A stretch of DNA of 59,572 nucleotides from Pontimonas sp. Its GTDB lineage: Bacteria > Actinomycetota > Actinomycetes > Actinomycetales > Microbacteriaceae. Positions 20,428 to 30,659 of this stretch are shown one piece after another. The position numbers and the translations under genes were made by a program. A model generated the notes under the pieces. It was not told the origin of the DNA. It worked only from the letters and a program-made list of their open reading frames with translations, and did no database searches. Location of the stretch: NCBI GenBank assembly GCA_044237205.1, contig JBIIFP010000001.1, positions 1-59,572 on the forward strand, written 5' to 3'. How positions within the stretch are numbered: the stretch's first letter is position 1; every line of letters starts with the position of its first letter.

Positions 20428-21424
20428 TCACGCCAGCGCGTGGTGGATCGCCGATGACGGATCCGGCGGTCGAACCACTCACTTCAGAAACGACATGGCA
20501 CCCCAAGAGCTGGGTAAGGGCATCCGTGTTCGCGTGGAATTCTCCGCACTGAATTACAAGGACGCCCTGGCCCTGACGGGTTCGCCGGGAGTGGTTCGCA
20601 CCACCCCGCTCATTCCCGGAATCGACGCCGCCGGGGTTGTGGAGGACAGTTCAGATCCACGTTTTCCTGAGGGAACCCGTGTTGTAGTGACAGGTTTTGG
20701 CTACGGGGAGGACCGCCATGGCGGCCTCGCAACAACCATGGTTGTTGCTCCCGAACACCTCATGGTGATTCCGGAACAGATGACCACCCACCAGGCGGCG
20801 GCTTTCGGAACCGCTGGATTCACCGCGCTGTTGGCTGTTCACGCCATGACTAACCACGGCCTAACACCAACGACACAGAAACTCCCTATCGCGGTCACCG
20901 GTGCAGCCGGTGCGGTGGGGTCATTCGCCACTTTTTTTCTCGCACGCCAGGGTTTTTCGGTCGCGACAATCACCGGCCGCACTGATGAAGCTCCCTATCT
21001 GAAGGCTCTTGGCGCGAGCGAGGTGATCTCACGACAGGACGTGCTCGGCTTCCCCAATCGCCCATTGCTGCCAGAGAAATTCGATGGGGCTGTTGACCAG
21101 GCGGGCGGGGAACTCCTCGCCAAAGTGCTGGCCAGCACGGCCGCGCGCGGCGTGGTTGTCGCCAACGGTTTAGCGGGAGGCATGGCACTGTCCACCACTG
21201 TGGCGCCCTTTATTTTGCGCGGTGTCACTCTGGTTGGAGTGAACTCCGTCTATCAGGAGATGTCAGTCCGAGAAGCTCTCTGGCACGAGTGTGCCGAGGA
21301 CTCATCCACCCTGCCCTGGGGTCAGATCAGCCAGTCCATTTCATTAGACGACGCTAAAGACGCAGCCGAGCGAGTCCTGGCCGGCCTCACCCGCGGCCGG
21401 ATTGTTGTGGAGATGCCTGCTTAG
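20420..21424 (+). CDS. MDR-family oxidoreductase (YhdH/AcuI-like)
   Basis: LNYKDAL, PGIDAAG, GTAGFTA, PFILRGV motifs; start approximate. Confidence 0.87.
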   Translation: MANHASAWWIADDGSGGRTTHFRNDMAPQELGKGIRVRVEFSALNYKDALALTGSPGVVRTTPLIPGIDAAGVVEDSSDPRFPEGTRVVVTGFGYGEDRHGGLATTMVVAPEHLMVIPEQMTTHQAAAFGTAGFTALLAVHAMTNHGLTPTTQKLPIAVTGAAGAVGSFATFFLARQGFSVATITGRTDEAPYLKALGASEVISRQDVLGFPNRPLLPEKFDGAVDQAGGELLAKVLASTAARGVVVANGLAGGMALSTTVAPFILRGVTLVGVNSVYQEMSVREALWHECAEDSSTLPWGQISQSISLDDAKDAAERVLAGLTRGRIVVEMPA

Positions 21425-21648
21425 TCGTCGTCCAGGAGCGCCCACAACACGGCCGCAACAGCGCCGAGAAGAGCGATTCCGCCACCGATGAGCCAGCGCG
21501 TGGGGTTTCGATTGTAAGACTCTGAAATCCAGGTGGTGGCCTGTTTGGTCAGCTCCTGGGGGCTCAGGCGGTGTTCGATCTCATCCAGCGTGTTCTCCAA
21601 CTCGCTTCGCGTTTGATCCACGAAGTTCTGAACGTCCTTCTTCGACAT
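21421..21648 (-). CDS. DUF3618-family small membrane protein
   Basis: TRSELENTLDEIEHRLSP plus C-terminal TM. Confidence 0.8.
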   Translation of the reverse strand: MSKKDVQNFVDQTRSELENTLDEIEHRLSPQELTKQATTWISESYNRNPTRWLIGGGIALLGAVAAVLWALLDDD

Positions 21649-22062
21649 CTACTTGTGTCCTCTAATAACTCGAATGTCCCGGCGAATACTCTCGATAGTC
21701 TCGTTGGGCGCGGGGCTCGACGTCGACGCCATAGCTGCGGCGCCCGCTCCGGCGAACACAATCGCCACCAAGAGAACCCCGCCGCCGGCAATAAGCGCAG
21801 CTGCCCACAGCGGCACCACTAACGACAGCGCAAACACGGCAGCAAAGATGAACAACAACAAAGCCAAAAGAATCAGTGTCAGGCTCATGACGAAAAGCCC
21901 CAGCCCGATACCAATCGACTTGAGCTTAGATACCAGCTCAGCCTTCAACAGCTCGAGCTCAGCTCTCATCAGCTGAGCGATGAGATGGGGAACGTCAGTA
22001 ACGAGCGAAAGGAAAGATTTCTTCTCTCTCGCTTGCTCTGGACGCTCCATTGCGGACATCAC
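21649..22062 (-). CDS. actinobacterial holin-like membrane protein (Phage_holin_3_6/DUF1469)
   Basis: RAELELLKAEL, two TMs, P.ETIESIRRD. Confidence 0.82.
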   Translation of the reverse strand: MMSAMERPEQAREKKSFLSLVTDVPHLIAQLMRAELELLKAELVSKLKSIGIGLGLFVMSLTLILLALLLFIFAAVFALSLVVPLWAAALIAGGGVLLVAIVFAGAGAAAMASTSSPAPNETIESIRRDIRVIRGHK

Positions 22063-22325
22063 TTACTCTGGTCCGCCTGCTTCGTTCCGCGCGCTTGACG
22101 AATCGTGGAGGAAACTTTCTTTGCCGCCAGTGTTGCCTTCTCGGCAACGTCGGGGGCTTTGGCCTTCACGAACTCTTCGACCGTTGAAAACTGCTCTTGG
22201 ACCCTGGGATCGTTCCACACTTTCATGGCGCCAGCCCGAATCTGCTCATAACGCTCGCGGCCCGCTCGGGTCCCCAAAACGTAGCCCAGTGCCACTCCAA
22301 AAACGAAGAGAATCTTGCCCCTCAT
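22059..22325 (-). CDS. conserved actinobacterial small protein
   Basis: GYVLGTRAGRERYEQI motif; first gene of a three-gene run. Confidence 0.8.
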   Translation of the reverse strand: MRGKILFVFGVALGYVLGTRAGRERYEQIRAGAMKVWNDPRVQEQFSTVEEFVKAKAPDVAEKATLAAKKVSSTIRQARGTKQADQSK

Positions 22326-22398
22326 TGCCGCCTCCGACTTGTATTCCAATTTTGGCATGTATCGCTAATTGCCCCAGCCTAACGCTGAAAACTAATTT

Positions 22399-24363
22399 TT
22401 ACCAGATGGCCACCCGATGCTCCGGGGCCAACCATAATTCGTGGTCTGACGTAACGTCAAACGCCTCGTAGTAGACATCCAAATTACGCGCAATCTGGTT
22501 GCAGCGGAACTCAGGTGGAGAGTGCGGGTCGATCTGCAGCAACCGCAACGCCTCCTCATCACGGGCCGCGAGCTTCCACGACTGCGCCCAAGACAAGAAG
22601 AAGCGCTGTGCTGCGGTGAGGTCGTCGATCAGAGGGGGTTCGGCTCCCTCCAAGGACATCAGGTAGGCCTTCCAGGCGATCGCGAGACCGCCAAGGTCGC
22701 CGATGTTTTCACCAATCGTGAGCTCACCGTTGACGAGGTGCCCAGGGAGGTCCCTTGGGGCAAGTTCTGAGAACTGCGTAATCAGTGAGCCAGTCCGTTC
22801 CTCGAACGCTGCACGATCCTGATCGGTCCACCAATTGGTGAGGCGACCCTCCCCGTCGAACCTGGAGCCTTGGTCGTCAAAACCGTGGCCGATCTCGTGC
22901 CCAATCACCGCTCCGATTGCGCCGTAGTTTGATGCGGCATCGCGGGCCGGGTCAAAGAACGGATACTGCAGGATGGCCGCGGGGAACACAATCTCGTTAA
23001 AGCCTGGGTTGTAGTAGGCGTTGATGGTCTGGGGGGTCATGAACCATTCATCACGGTCTAACGGTGCACCGATCTTGCGCAGCTCACGGGCAAACTCGAA
23101 CTCATTGCCAGCAATGACATTCGCCCACAGGTCTCCAGGCGTCACCCTCAACCTCGAGTAGTCCCGCCACACACTCGGATAGCCAATCTTCGGGCGGAAA
23201 GTGTCGAGCTTGTCGAGCGCTTTCTTTTTTGTCTCTGGCCCCATCCACGACAGCTCGGTAATGCTCTCGCGATACGCGCGAAGCAACATCGCGACAAGCT
23301 CGTCCATCTGGTGCTTGGCGTCACTGGGGAAGTGTTCCTCGACATAGAGCTTGCCCACGGCCTCGCCCATCACTGCCTCAACAAACGAAACCCCCCGTTT
23401 CCACCGAGCTCGAAGCTCAGGGGTTCCAGAGAGTGTGGTTCCGAAGAAATCGAAGTGTGCCTGGACTACCTCGCGTGTTAGGTAGGGGGCAAAGGCGGTA
23501 ATCGTGTGCCAGGACATCCAGTCGGCAAGCTCTTCTGGCGACGAACTCATCCAGGTCTTCGCCAGAGACTCAACGAAGCTTGGTTGCCGAACAACAATCT
23601 CGGCGACGCTCGAGGCTGGAATTCCCGTGCGTGAAAGCCACAGTGTCAGGTCGAGTTCCCCGAGCGAGCGCTCAAGTTGGTCACTCGACCACATGTTGTA
23701 GGTGGCTTCGGCATCGCGGGACTTCACGTTGTCCCAGTGGGCGCCGGCTATTTGCGTTTCGAACTCGATGACGCGCTTCGCGCGTTCTTGCGGATCGCTG
23801 AGCCCGGCAAGCGCAAACATGCGGCCAATATGGGCTTCGAGAGCCTTGAGAATCTCCGCGTGGTCAGGCTTGCGGTAATAAGACTCATCCGGCAAGGACA
23901 GCCCGCCCTGTTCGACGAACATGATGTAGCGCTCGGGATTACCGGGGTCATTGTCGACAAAGAGACGCCAGAGACCCTCAACGCCAGCGCGCTCAATGTC
24001 ACCGAGGACCCCGACCAGAGCCTTGTGCCCGCCGGGAAGCGCTGCCTCAATACGGGCGATCATGGACTGGAGGGGGCGAAGGCCAACCTCTTCGATGCGG
24101 TCTTCGTCCATAAAACTTTCGTAAAGCTCGCCCACCTTCTTGGCTTCTAAACCAGCCTGCGCATTCTTGGCACGCTCGATGATGGCAAGAACAGCCTTCT
24201 CCGCCTCCTCGGCCAAGATCGTGAAGGCTCCATAACGCGACTTATCCGCAGGAATTTCAGATCGCTCAAGCCATCGCCCATTCATATGGCGATAGAGATC
24301 ATCACCTGGGTGAATAGAGGGGTCGCGTTCCTCGAGCTCAATTCCACTAGACACGATGACCAC
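22399..24363 (-). CDS. pepO: M13-family metalloendopeptidase
   Basis: NAYY, HEIGH, GENIGD, DPHSP motifs. Confidence 0.93.
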   Translation of the reverse strand: MVIVSSGIELEERDPSIHPGDDLYRHMNGRWLERSEIPADKSRYGAFTILAEEAEKAVLAIIERAKNAQAGLEAKKVGELYESFMDEDRIEEVGLRPLQSMIARIEAALPGGHKALVGVLGDIERAGVEGLWRLFVDNDPGNPERYIMFVEQGGLSLPDESYYRKPDHAEILKALEAHIGRMFALAGLSDPQERAKRVIEFETQIAGAHWDNVKSRDAEATYNMWSSDQLERSLGELDLTLWLSRTGIPASSVAEIVVRQPSFVESLAKTWMSSSPEELADWMSWHTITAFAPYLTREVVQAHFDFFGTTLSGTPELRARWKRGVSFVEAVMGEAVGKLYVEEHFPSDAKHQMDELVAMLLRAYRESITELSWMGPETKKKALDKLDTFRPKIGYPSVWRDYSRLRVTPGDLWANVIAGNEFEFARELRKIGAPLDRDEWFMTPQTINAYYNPGFNEIVFPAAILQYPFFDPARDAASNYGAIGAVIGHEIGHGFDDQGSRFDGEGRLTNWWTDQDRAAFEERTGSLITQFSELAPRDLPGHLVNGELTIGENIGDLGGLAIAWKAYLMSLEGAEPPLIDDLTAAQRFFLSWAQSWKLAARDEEALRLLQIDPHSPPEFRCNQIARNLDVYYEAFDVTSDHELWLAPEHRVAIW

Positions 24364-24434
24364 CTTACGATGCCAAACCCGGGGCCAGCTGGACTACCCG
24401 GCTCGCCAAGCCAGTGGCTCTAGACTCAGGCGTT

Positions 24435-25130
24435 GTGCGCCTCGTAATCGCTACCTGCTCTGTCGACTACTCGGGGCGCCTTAATGCTCACCTTCCCCTA
24501 GCCACCAGGGTGGTGATGGTCAAGACAGACGGCAGCGTTCTCATCCACTCCGATGGCGGCAGTTATAAGCCGCTGAACTGGATGTCCCCGCCGTGTTCAC
24601 TGGAAATCATTACCCCGGATGAGGAAGTTCAAGCAGAGGGAGTGGTGGAAGTCTGGAAAGTGGTCCACCACAAAACAGCGGATCTCTTGATGATCAACAT
24701 CCACGAAATCCACAGCGATCACGCCCATGAGTTAGGCATCGATCCAGGACTCATCAAAGACGGCGTTGAAGCAGACCTCCAAAGACTGCTCGCTGCCAAC
24801 ATCGAGACCCTAGGCGACGGATATCGATTGGTTCGCCGGGAATACATGACTGCGGTGGGACCAGTCGACATCCTCGCCACCGATGCAAGTGGTGCGACGG
24901 TAGCGATTGAAATCAAGCGCCGGGGTGACATCGACGGCGTTGAACAGCTGACCCGTTACCTGGAACTTCTCAATCGGGACCCCCATTTGGCGCCAGTTCG
25001 AGGGATATTCGCCGCTCAGGAAATCAAACCCCAAGCGCGAACCCTGGCCGGTGACCGCGGAATTGACTGTGTCGTGCTCGACTACGACGAATTGCGGGGA
25101 ATCGATGATTCACACCGCCGCCTGTTCTAG
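24435..25130 (+). CDS. nucS: mismatch-specific endonuclease NucS/EndoMS
   Basis: [39 protein letters not shown]. Confidence 0.95.
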   Translation: MRLVIATCSVDYSGRLNAHLPLATRVVMVKTDGSVLIHSDGGSYKPLNWMSPPCSLEIITPDEEVQAEGVVEVWKVVHHKTADLLMINIHEIHSDHAHELGIDPGLIKDGVEADLQRLLAANIETLGDGYRLVRREYMTAVGPVDILATDASGATVAIEIKRRGDIDGVEQLTRYLELLNRDPHLAPVRGIFAAQEIKPQARTLAGDRGIDCVVLDYDELRGIDDSHRRLF

Positions 25131-25151
25131 AGCTGTCCTAGGCTTAGCGCG

Positions 25152-25820
25152 ATGTTGACCTACCAGACCGTTCTGCTTGATCTAGATGGCACCCTCATCG
25201 ACTCAGCACCCGGAATCGTGTCGACGATTGCCTTCACGTTGAAAGAAATGGGCCATCCGATCCCGCCGATGAACGAGTTGCTGCGCTGGGTCGGGCCACC
25301 ATTGCCTGAGTCATTTGCCACCCGGGCGATGCTCGCCCCGGCTGACATTCCTGAGGCAATTCGCATTTATCGGGCCCGATACCTGGATGTTGGCGCCTAT
25401 GACGCGAAACTTTTCGACGGAATGGGTGTCTTCCTGCGGGCCCTCAAAGACTCGGGAGCCACCATCGCTCTTGCCACCTCAAAGCCAACGACACCAGCCA
25501 GCATCATGCTCGAGCACTTCACCCTCACCCCCTACTTCGATGTCATCGCCTGCGCGGCCGACGATGAATCTCGCGGACGCAAAGACCAAGTAATTGAGGA
25601 CGCTCTCGCTGGTCTTCGCGCCAAGGGAATGCCGACCGACAACTGCATCATGGTGGGCGATCGAATCCACGACGTTGAAGGTGCCGAAGTGCACAACATC
25701 GACACCATCATGGTGCGCTGGGGTTACGGCGGACCCGCGGAATGGGATGCGGCTCACACGAGCGTCGACACCCCTCGCCAGCTTCACCAGGCGCTGGGGT
25801 TACCTTTTCACCAGGAATAG
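25152..25820 (+). CDS. HAD-family hydrolase (phosphoglycolate phosphatase-like)
   Basis: DLDGTL, ATSKP, MVGDR motifs. Confidence 0.9.
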   Translation: MLTYQTVLLDLDGTLIDSAPGIVSTIAFTLKEMGHPIPPMNELLRWVGPPLPESFATRAMLAPADIPEAIRIYRARYLDVGAYDAKLFDGMGVFLRALKDSGATIALATSKPTTPASIMLEHFTLTPYFDVIACAADDESRGRKDQVIEDALAGLRAKGMPTDNCIMVGDRIHDVEGAEVHNIDTIMVRWGYGGPAEWDAAHTSVDTPRQLHQALGLPFHQE

Positions 25821-25829
25821 GCCCAGACC

Positions 25830-26384
25830 GTGAACAAGGACGTAGTCGACCTCGACACTCTGCCCCTTCGGTTCAATCCTCCGGATGGGTGGCGGATGCC
25901 CGACCCGCTATTTATTAGCCTGCATCAGGGGGAAGCGTTCCCCGCGGACTGGGAACCCTACCCCGAGGCGCCCGCTATTCCAGCGTCGTGGCCGTGGTGG
26001 GAAGAAAATGGCACCTCCTGGTACCGATTCTTCCGCGATAGAGCGCCCCTACCCACCCGGGCCCTAGGGAACTGGTTCTCCCTCGCAGCGTTGGGACTCT
26101 TCATGTTCGCCGTCTCACCTTTTGCGTTGCCCGGTTGGTACATGGCAATTGGGGGGATAGTGAGCCTCGTTCTCCTGACACTCGGGATCAGAGGCGTCAT
26201 TCGCACCATGAAGAGCCAGTCCGCGGGTCCTCTGGAACCACTCGATGCCATCAGGGCGTGGGCAGAAGGGCGGCGCAGTGACTACTTCGCCCAGGCCTAT
26301 GCGACCTTCCGGCGGTCGGATCCGAAGGAAATCAGCCTGGACACCTTCATCGCGAGACAAGAAGCGAAGTGGTGGGGGAAGTAG
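25830..26384 (+). CDS. hypothetical membrane protein with Pro/Trp-rich N-terminus
   Basis: FNPPDGW..W.P.P.AP..P..W.WW segment, then two TMs. Confidence 0.7.
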   Translation: MNKDVVDLDTLPLRFNPPDGWRMPDPLFISLHQGEAFPADWEPYPEAPAIPASWPWWEENGTSWYRFFRDRAPLPTRALGNWFSLAALGLFMFAVSPFALPGWYMAIGGIVSLVLLTLGIRGVIRTMKSQSAGPLEPLDAIRAWAEGRRSDYFAQAYATFRRSDPKEISLDTFIARQEAKWWGK

Positions 26385-26385
26385 T

Positions 26386-26562
26386 GTCAGCTGCCTTACC
26401 GTGTACCCGTTCTACATCAACACGGGAATGTTCGATGGCGTAAAGTCCGGCAGCCCCTTATTGAGAATTACTGAAGCGGCACCCAGTGCGACCAGAATTC
26501 TGGATGCAATCGAGTCCACCAAACGTGAGCTGCTGATGCCTTTGGCATCAACAAAGCCATGA
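26386..26562 (+). pseudogene. C-terminal remnant of a short-chain dehydrogenase (SDR)
   Basis: Frame reads VSCLTVYPFYINTGMFDGVK..LL..E....A.RILDAIE.....L.MP; no N-terminal domain or start. Confidence 0.65.
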
Positions 26563-26591
26563 AGACCTTCCGGGGTCGCCGCTAAAAAACG

Positions 26592-26674
26592 TGCGCGAGG
26601 GGGGACTTGAACCCCCACGCCCTTGCGGGCACTGGCACCTGAAGCCAGCGCGTCTGCCATTCCGCCACTCGCGC
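26592..26674 (-). tRNA. tRNA-Leu(CAG)
   Basis: GCGCGAG acceptor, CTGGC-TTCAGGT-GCCAG anticodon arm, long variable arm, GGTTCAAGTCC; CCA not encoded. Confidence 0.95.
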
Positions 26675-26806
26675 AATGATGGTCGCCCATCAACCAGCCG
26701 AGAGTACCACAGGAGATGCCCGTGGTTTCGGGCCAGGCGCCAGCCGCTGGCAACCTTGGCCGGCTAGCATCACAACACGGCCAAACACCCGGCCCGAGGG
26801 GAAATA

Positions 26807-27526
26807 GTGGGCTTTCTCGACAGCTTTGAACGCCAGGTGGAGCGCTTGGTGGGTGGCGTGTTCGCCAAAACCTTCACCAGCGGTGTGCACCCCGTTGAAA
26901 TTGTGGCTGCTCTCAAGAAGGAAATAGACGCTACCGCGCGTCCCATCACCAGAACTCGCGTACTCGCCCCGCACTCCTTCCATGTGGGGCTCGCCTCCGT
27001 TGACTTCCAGAGACTGGGTCAACTGGGTCCCGAGTTCACTAGTGAGATTCGTCACACGCTAGAGGACTACCGGATTGTCCGCGGTTACTCCTGCCAGGAG
27101 GCAATCTCGGTCCGCCTTGAAGAGAAACTCACTCTGGCCGAAGGCATGGTCGCTGTGCGAAGCGACCGAGTGGGCAGTGTCGTCTGGGTGCCCACAGTCA
27201 CCTGGAATTCGGTGCGCTACCCCCTCACCCGAAAAAGCACGATTCTCGGGCGGGGTACTGACTCGGATGTCCACGTCGTAGCGCAGGGAGTTTCCCGGCA
27301 CCACGCAGAAATTCGGTGGAACGGCAAGCGCTGCGAAGTCGTTGACCTAGGCTCCACCAACGGGGTCACGCTGGATGGCGACAAGGTCACTAGAGCCGCA
27401 CTGCCAGACTCGTGCACGCTCGGTGTCGGCCGGGCGCGTATTCTGTTTGAGGTGGTTCCGCTCTCGAGCGCCGCATACGATGCCCTGGCACACACCCCGC
27501 TGATCTCAGCAGAGGAGACTTCATGA
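26807..27526 (+). CDS. fhaA: FhaA (DUF3662 + FHA domain)
   Basis: N-terminal FERQVERLV..HPVEI; FHA motifs GR, SRHH, STNG. Confidence 0.88.
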   Translation: MGFLDSFERQVERLVGGVFAKTFTSGVHPVEIVAALKKEIDATARPITRTRVLAPHSFHVGLASVDFQRLGQLGPEFTSEIRHTLEDYRIVRGYSCQEAISVRLEEKLTLAEGMVAVRSDRVGSVVWVPTVTWNSVRYPLTRKSTILGRGTDSDVHVVAQGVSRHHAEIRWNGKRCEVVDLGSTNGVTLDGDKVTRAALPDSCTLGVGRARILFEVVPLSSAAYDALAHTPLISAEETS

Positions 27527-28011
27527 GTGAACTCACGCTGTTCCTTCTGCGTATCGCGTTCTTGGGCTTGCTGTGGGCGTTCATCTTTGCCATTGTCTAC
27601 GCGCTGCGAACGGATCTCTTTGGCCCTCCACGTCGTCGGGTGGAAGATGAGCCCAAGCCCATCGAGCGGGTCAACGGGCTCGCAGCTCCCTCCGGTTCAA
27701 CACCGCCCCCTGAGGGGATTGCCTCGAGAATCGTTATTACCTCGGGCCCTAAAGAAGGCCTTGAAATCGAACTGCTCCCTGAGGAGCAGTTCACTATCGG
27801 CCGCTCGGGAGATTCGCGGCTCGTCCTGCGCGACGATGTCACCTCGACCCACCACTCCCGGTTAATGCTCTGGAATGACCAGTGGATGATTCAGGACCTT
27901 GACTCGACCAACGGAACTTTCGTGGACTCCAAGCGAGTAAGTATTCCCACGCCAGTTCCGTTGAATACGCCGATCAAAATAGGCACCACGACGTTCGAAC
28001 TCAGGCGCTAA
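27523..28011 (+). CDS. fhaB: FHA-domain membrane protein FhaB/FipA
   Basis: N-terminal TM; IGR, DLDSTNGT. Confidence 0.88.
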   Translation: MSELTLFLLRIAFLGLLWAFIFAIVYALRTDLFGPPRRRVEDEPKPIERVNGLAAPSGSTPPPEGIASRIVITSGPKEGLEIELLPEEQFTIGRSGDSRLVLRDDVTSTHHSRLMLWNDQWMIQDLDSTNGTFVDSKRVSIPTPVPLNTPIKIGTTTFELRR

Positions 28012-28017
28012 GTCCCC

Positions 28018-29262
28018 ATGGCAAACAACTCAGTCCTCAGCGCAGCGTCTTCCCATATTGGGAAGATTCGCGCGAGCAATCAAGACTCGGGCTCAGTAGG
28101 CCGACACCTCTATGTCGTCGCAGACGGCATGGGAGGTCACGCTGGCGGTGACGTGGCCAGCGCCCTCGCGGTTCAACACCTCTCCCGACTTGATCGCGCC
28201 TACTCCAGTGTTGATGAGGCCCGGGAGACCCTTTTCGCCAACATCTTGGAGGCCGGACGCGAGCTCACCTCCACCGTCGAAGAGCACCCCGAGCTCACCG
28301 GCATGGGCACGACGGTCAGCGCGATGATCAGGGTCGGCTCCCAAATGGTCATCGCCCACATCGGTGACTCTCGCATTTATCGGCTTCGAGAGGGTGTTCT
28401 CGAACAGATCACTAGCGACCACACCTTCGTCCAGCGTCTTGTCGACAGCGGACGCATCACCCCGGAAGAAGCCGCCGTCCACCCCAGACGCAGTGTCCTG
28501 ATGCGCGTGCTCGGCGATGTCGACGCGGAACCAGAAGTCGACACCCACGTGGTCGACACCCAGCCGGGCGACCGGTGGCTGCTGTGTTCCGATGGCCTCA
28601 GCGGCTACGTGTCCGAGCGCGATATCGCGGAAACCCTTCTCACCATTGATGACGTTGAGCTCGTCTGCCACAAACTCATCACCCAGACCCTGAGCGAGGG
28701 TGCCCCCGACAACGTCACCGTTGTCGTTGTGCGGGTTGCCGAGAATCTTGAGACCTCACCGCCTTCAGAGCCGCGGATGGTCGGCTCGGCAGCTGAACCA
28801 CTGACCTATGAATCTGGGCCCGTGTTGCGCAAGACCGGTCTTCCTGCCCTCTTGTTCCACCCTTTGCGTGCTCTCCCGCCCTCTGACGAGCACTTCGAGC
28901 CCGAAGCGCAGTTCCTCGAGGAGCTCATCAAGGAAGACCAGCGGCGGGTCTCCCGTCGACGGGTCGTCTGGCTGCTCTCGGTATTCCTCTTGGTGGGCGC
29001 TCTCGTCGTCGCTGGAGTGGTCGCGTACCAATGGACACAAACGCGTTACTTCGTAGGTGTCAACAATGATGTGGTGACCATTTACCGGGGTGTGCCAGAA
29101 GACGCGTGGGTTTTCTCGCTCTCGAGCGTCTATGAGGAGACCGACATCCTCGTTGATCAACTTCCGCCGTATCAACAGGACAAGGTAACCCAGTCCTACT
29201 CGGTGGAATCCCTCGACGAGGCCAGAGAATTCGTTGATCGACTGATGGTGGCCACCCCGTGA
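28018..29262 (+). CDS. pstP: PP2C-family Ser/Thr phosphatase
   Basis: VADGMGG, HIGDSR, LCSDGL, DNVT motifs; C-terminal TM. Confidence 0.93.
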   Translation: MANNSVLSAASSHIGKIRASNQDSGSVGRHLYVVADGMGGHAGGDVASALAVQHLSRLDRAYSSVDEARETLFANILEAGRELTSTVEEHPELTGMGTTVSAMIRVGSQMVIAHIGDSRIYRLREGVLEQITSDHTFVQRLVDSGRITPEEAAVHPRRSVLMRVLGDVDAEPEVDTHVVDTQPGDRWLLCSDGLSGYVSERDIAETLLTIDDVELVCHKLITQTLSEGAPDNVTVVVVRVAENLETSPPSEPRMVGSAAEPLTYESGPVLRKTGLPALLFHPLRALPPSDEHFEPEAQFLEELIKEDQRRVSRRRVVWLLSVFLLVGALVVAGVVAYQWTQTRYFVGVNNDVVTIYRGVPEDAWVFSLSSVYEETDILVDQLPPYQQDKVTQSYSVESLDEAREFVDRLMVATP

Positions 29263-30659
29263 GCACGCCTGGCCTCGCAGTTCCGCCGGTCTCTCCAGTC
29301 ACCGGAAGGGTAGTTCTCCGTATCAAGATGCCCCAGAAACTGCGCAACATTGAGTTGGGGCTGCTCCTCGGGGCTCTAGGACTCAGTGCTCTGGCCTTGG
29401 CCCTGGTTCAGTGGGGGGCTCTGGGAACGCTCGACTGGACACTGTTGACATACGCCTCTGGCCTCGCCGGGCTCAGTCTTGGACTGCACCTCGTGCTCCG
29501 AGTGATGGCCCGGGACGCCGACCCCTTCATCGTTCCGATTGCCACCATGCTCAATGGGCTCGGGCTCACCATGATTCACCGGCTGGATCTTGCCGCCGGC
29601 TCAACGGGCTGGGAGGCAGCAGGGGTTCGCCAGATGGCGTGGACCGCTGTGGCTTTAGTCATCGCCATCGCGGTATTGCTGGTGGTGCGGAACTACCGGA
29701 TCCTGCTGCGCTATCGCTACCTGGCGATGCTCTCCGGAGCAATCCTGTTGACGATGCCGCTATGGCCAGGGATTGGTAGGACTGTCAATGGCGCCACAAT
29801 CTGGGTAGAAATCGGGTCGATGACCTTTCAACCGGGCGAAGTGGCAAAAATCGCTCTCGCAATTTTCTTCGCGGGCTACCTGATGACAGCCAGGGAAAGC
29901 CTGCGCAGTGTGGGGACCACCTTCATGGGTGTTCGCTGGCCAAGGATTAGGGATTTAGGGCCGCTGCTCATTATTTGGGTCCTGGCCATGGGTGTATTGG
30001 TGTTCCAGCGGGACCTCGGAACATCCCTGCTCTACTTCGGGCTCTTTCTTGCGATGCTCTATGTCGCGACCAACCGGATTCTCTGGCTGGTCATCGGTGG
30101 ATCACTCTTTTTCGCCGGGGCTGCCGCTGCCGCGAGCCGACTGTCCTATGTCCAAGGCCGTGTCGATGGCTGGCTGGACTCGTTCAACCCGGCCGTCTAT
30201 GACGCCGTGGGCGGCTCGTATCAGCTGGTCCAGGGCATGTTCGGGATGGCTGAGGGTGGGTTCATCGGATCGGGGCTTGGCCAGGGCCAGCCCAATTTGG
30301 TCCCCTTGGCACACTCCGATTACATCGTGGCGGCGCTGGGCGAAGAGCTCGGCCTCTTTGGCATATTTGGACTCTTGGCCCTCTATCTCTTGTTGGTAAG
30401 CCGCGGCTTCCGCGTCGGTTTCGCCGGGACCGACGACTTCGGCCGCCTCCTCTCCACCGGGCTTGCCTTTGTCTTGGCGCTCCAGGTGTTCATCGTCATC
30501 GGTGGAATTACCCGCATCATCCCGGTGACAGGCCTGACTACTCCATTCCTCGCTGCCGGCGGCTCCTCGTTGGTTGCTAACTGGATCATTGTGGTCCTGT
30601 TGCTGCGCCTCAGCGATGACGCGAGGGCTAACGTTCGTGCGGAAGCGGGGGTCAGCTGA
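29259..30659 (+). CDS. rodA: SEDS protein RodA
   Basis: FQPGE, RDLGT, SDYI..EELG, PVTGLTTPFLAAGGSS. Confidence 0.93.
   Translation: MSTPGLAVPPVSPVTGRVVLRIKMPQKLRNIELGLLLGALGLSALALALVQWGALGTLDWTLLTYASGLAGLSLGLHLVLRVMARDADPFIVPIATMLNGLGLTMIHRLDLAAGSTGWEAAGVRQMAWTAVALVIAIAVLLVVRNYRILLRYRYLAMLSGAILLTMPLWPGIGRTVNGATIWVEIGSMTFQPGEVAKIALAIFFAGYLMTARESLRSVGTTFMGVRWPRIRDLGPLLIIWVLAMGVLVFQRDLGTSLLYFGLFLAMLYVATNRILWLVIGGSLFFAGAAAAASRLSYVQGRVDGWLDSFNPAVYDAVGGSYQLVQGMFGMAEGGFIGSGLGQGQPNLVPLAHSDYIVAALGEELGLFGIFGLLALYLLLVSRGFRVGFAGTDDFGRLLSTGLAFVLALQVFIVIGGITRIIPVTGLTTPFLAAGGSSLVANWIIVVLLLRLSDDARANVRAEAGVS

Noticed and set aside
21421-22325. Holin-like gene as a prophage marker
   Set aside because: This three-gene membrane-protein run is a common chromosomal actinobacterial unit; no phage genes lie nearby.
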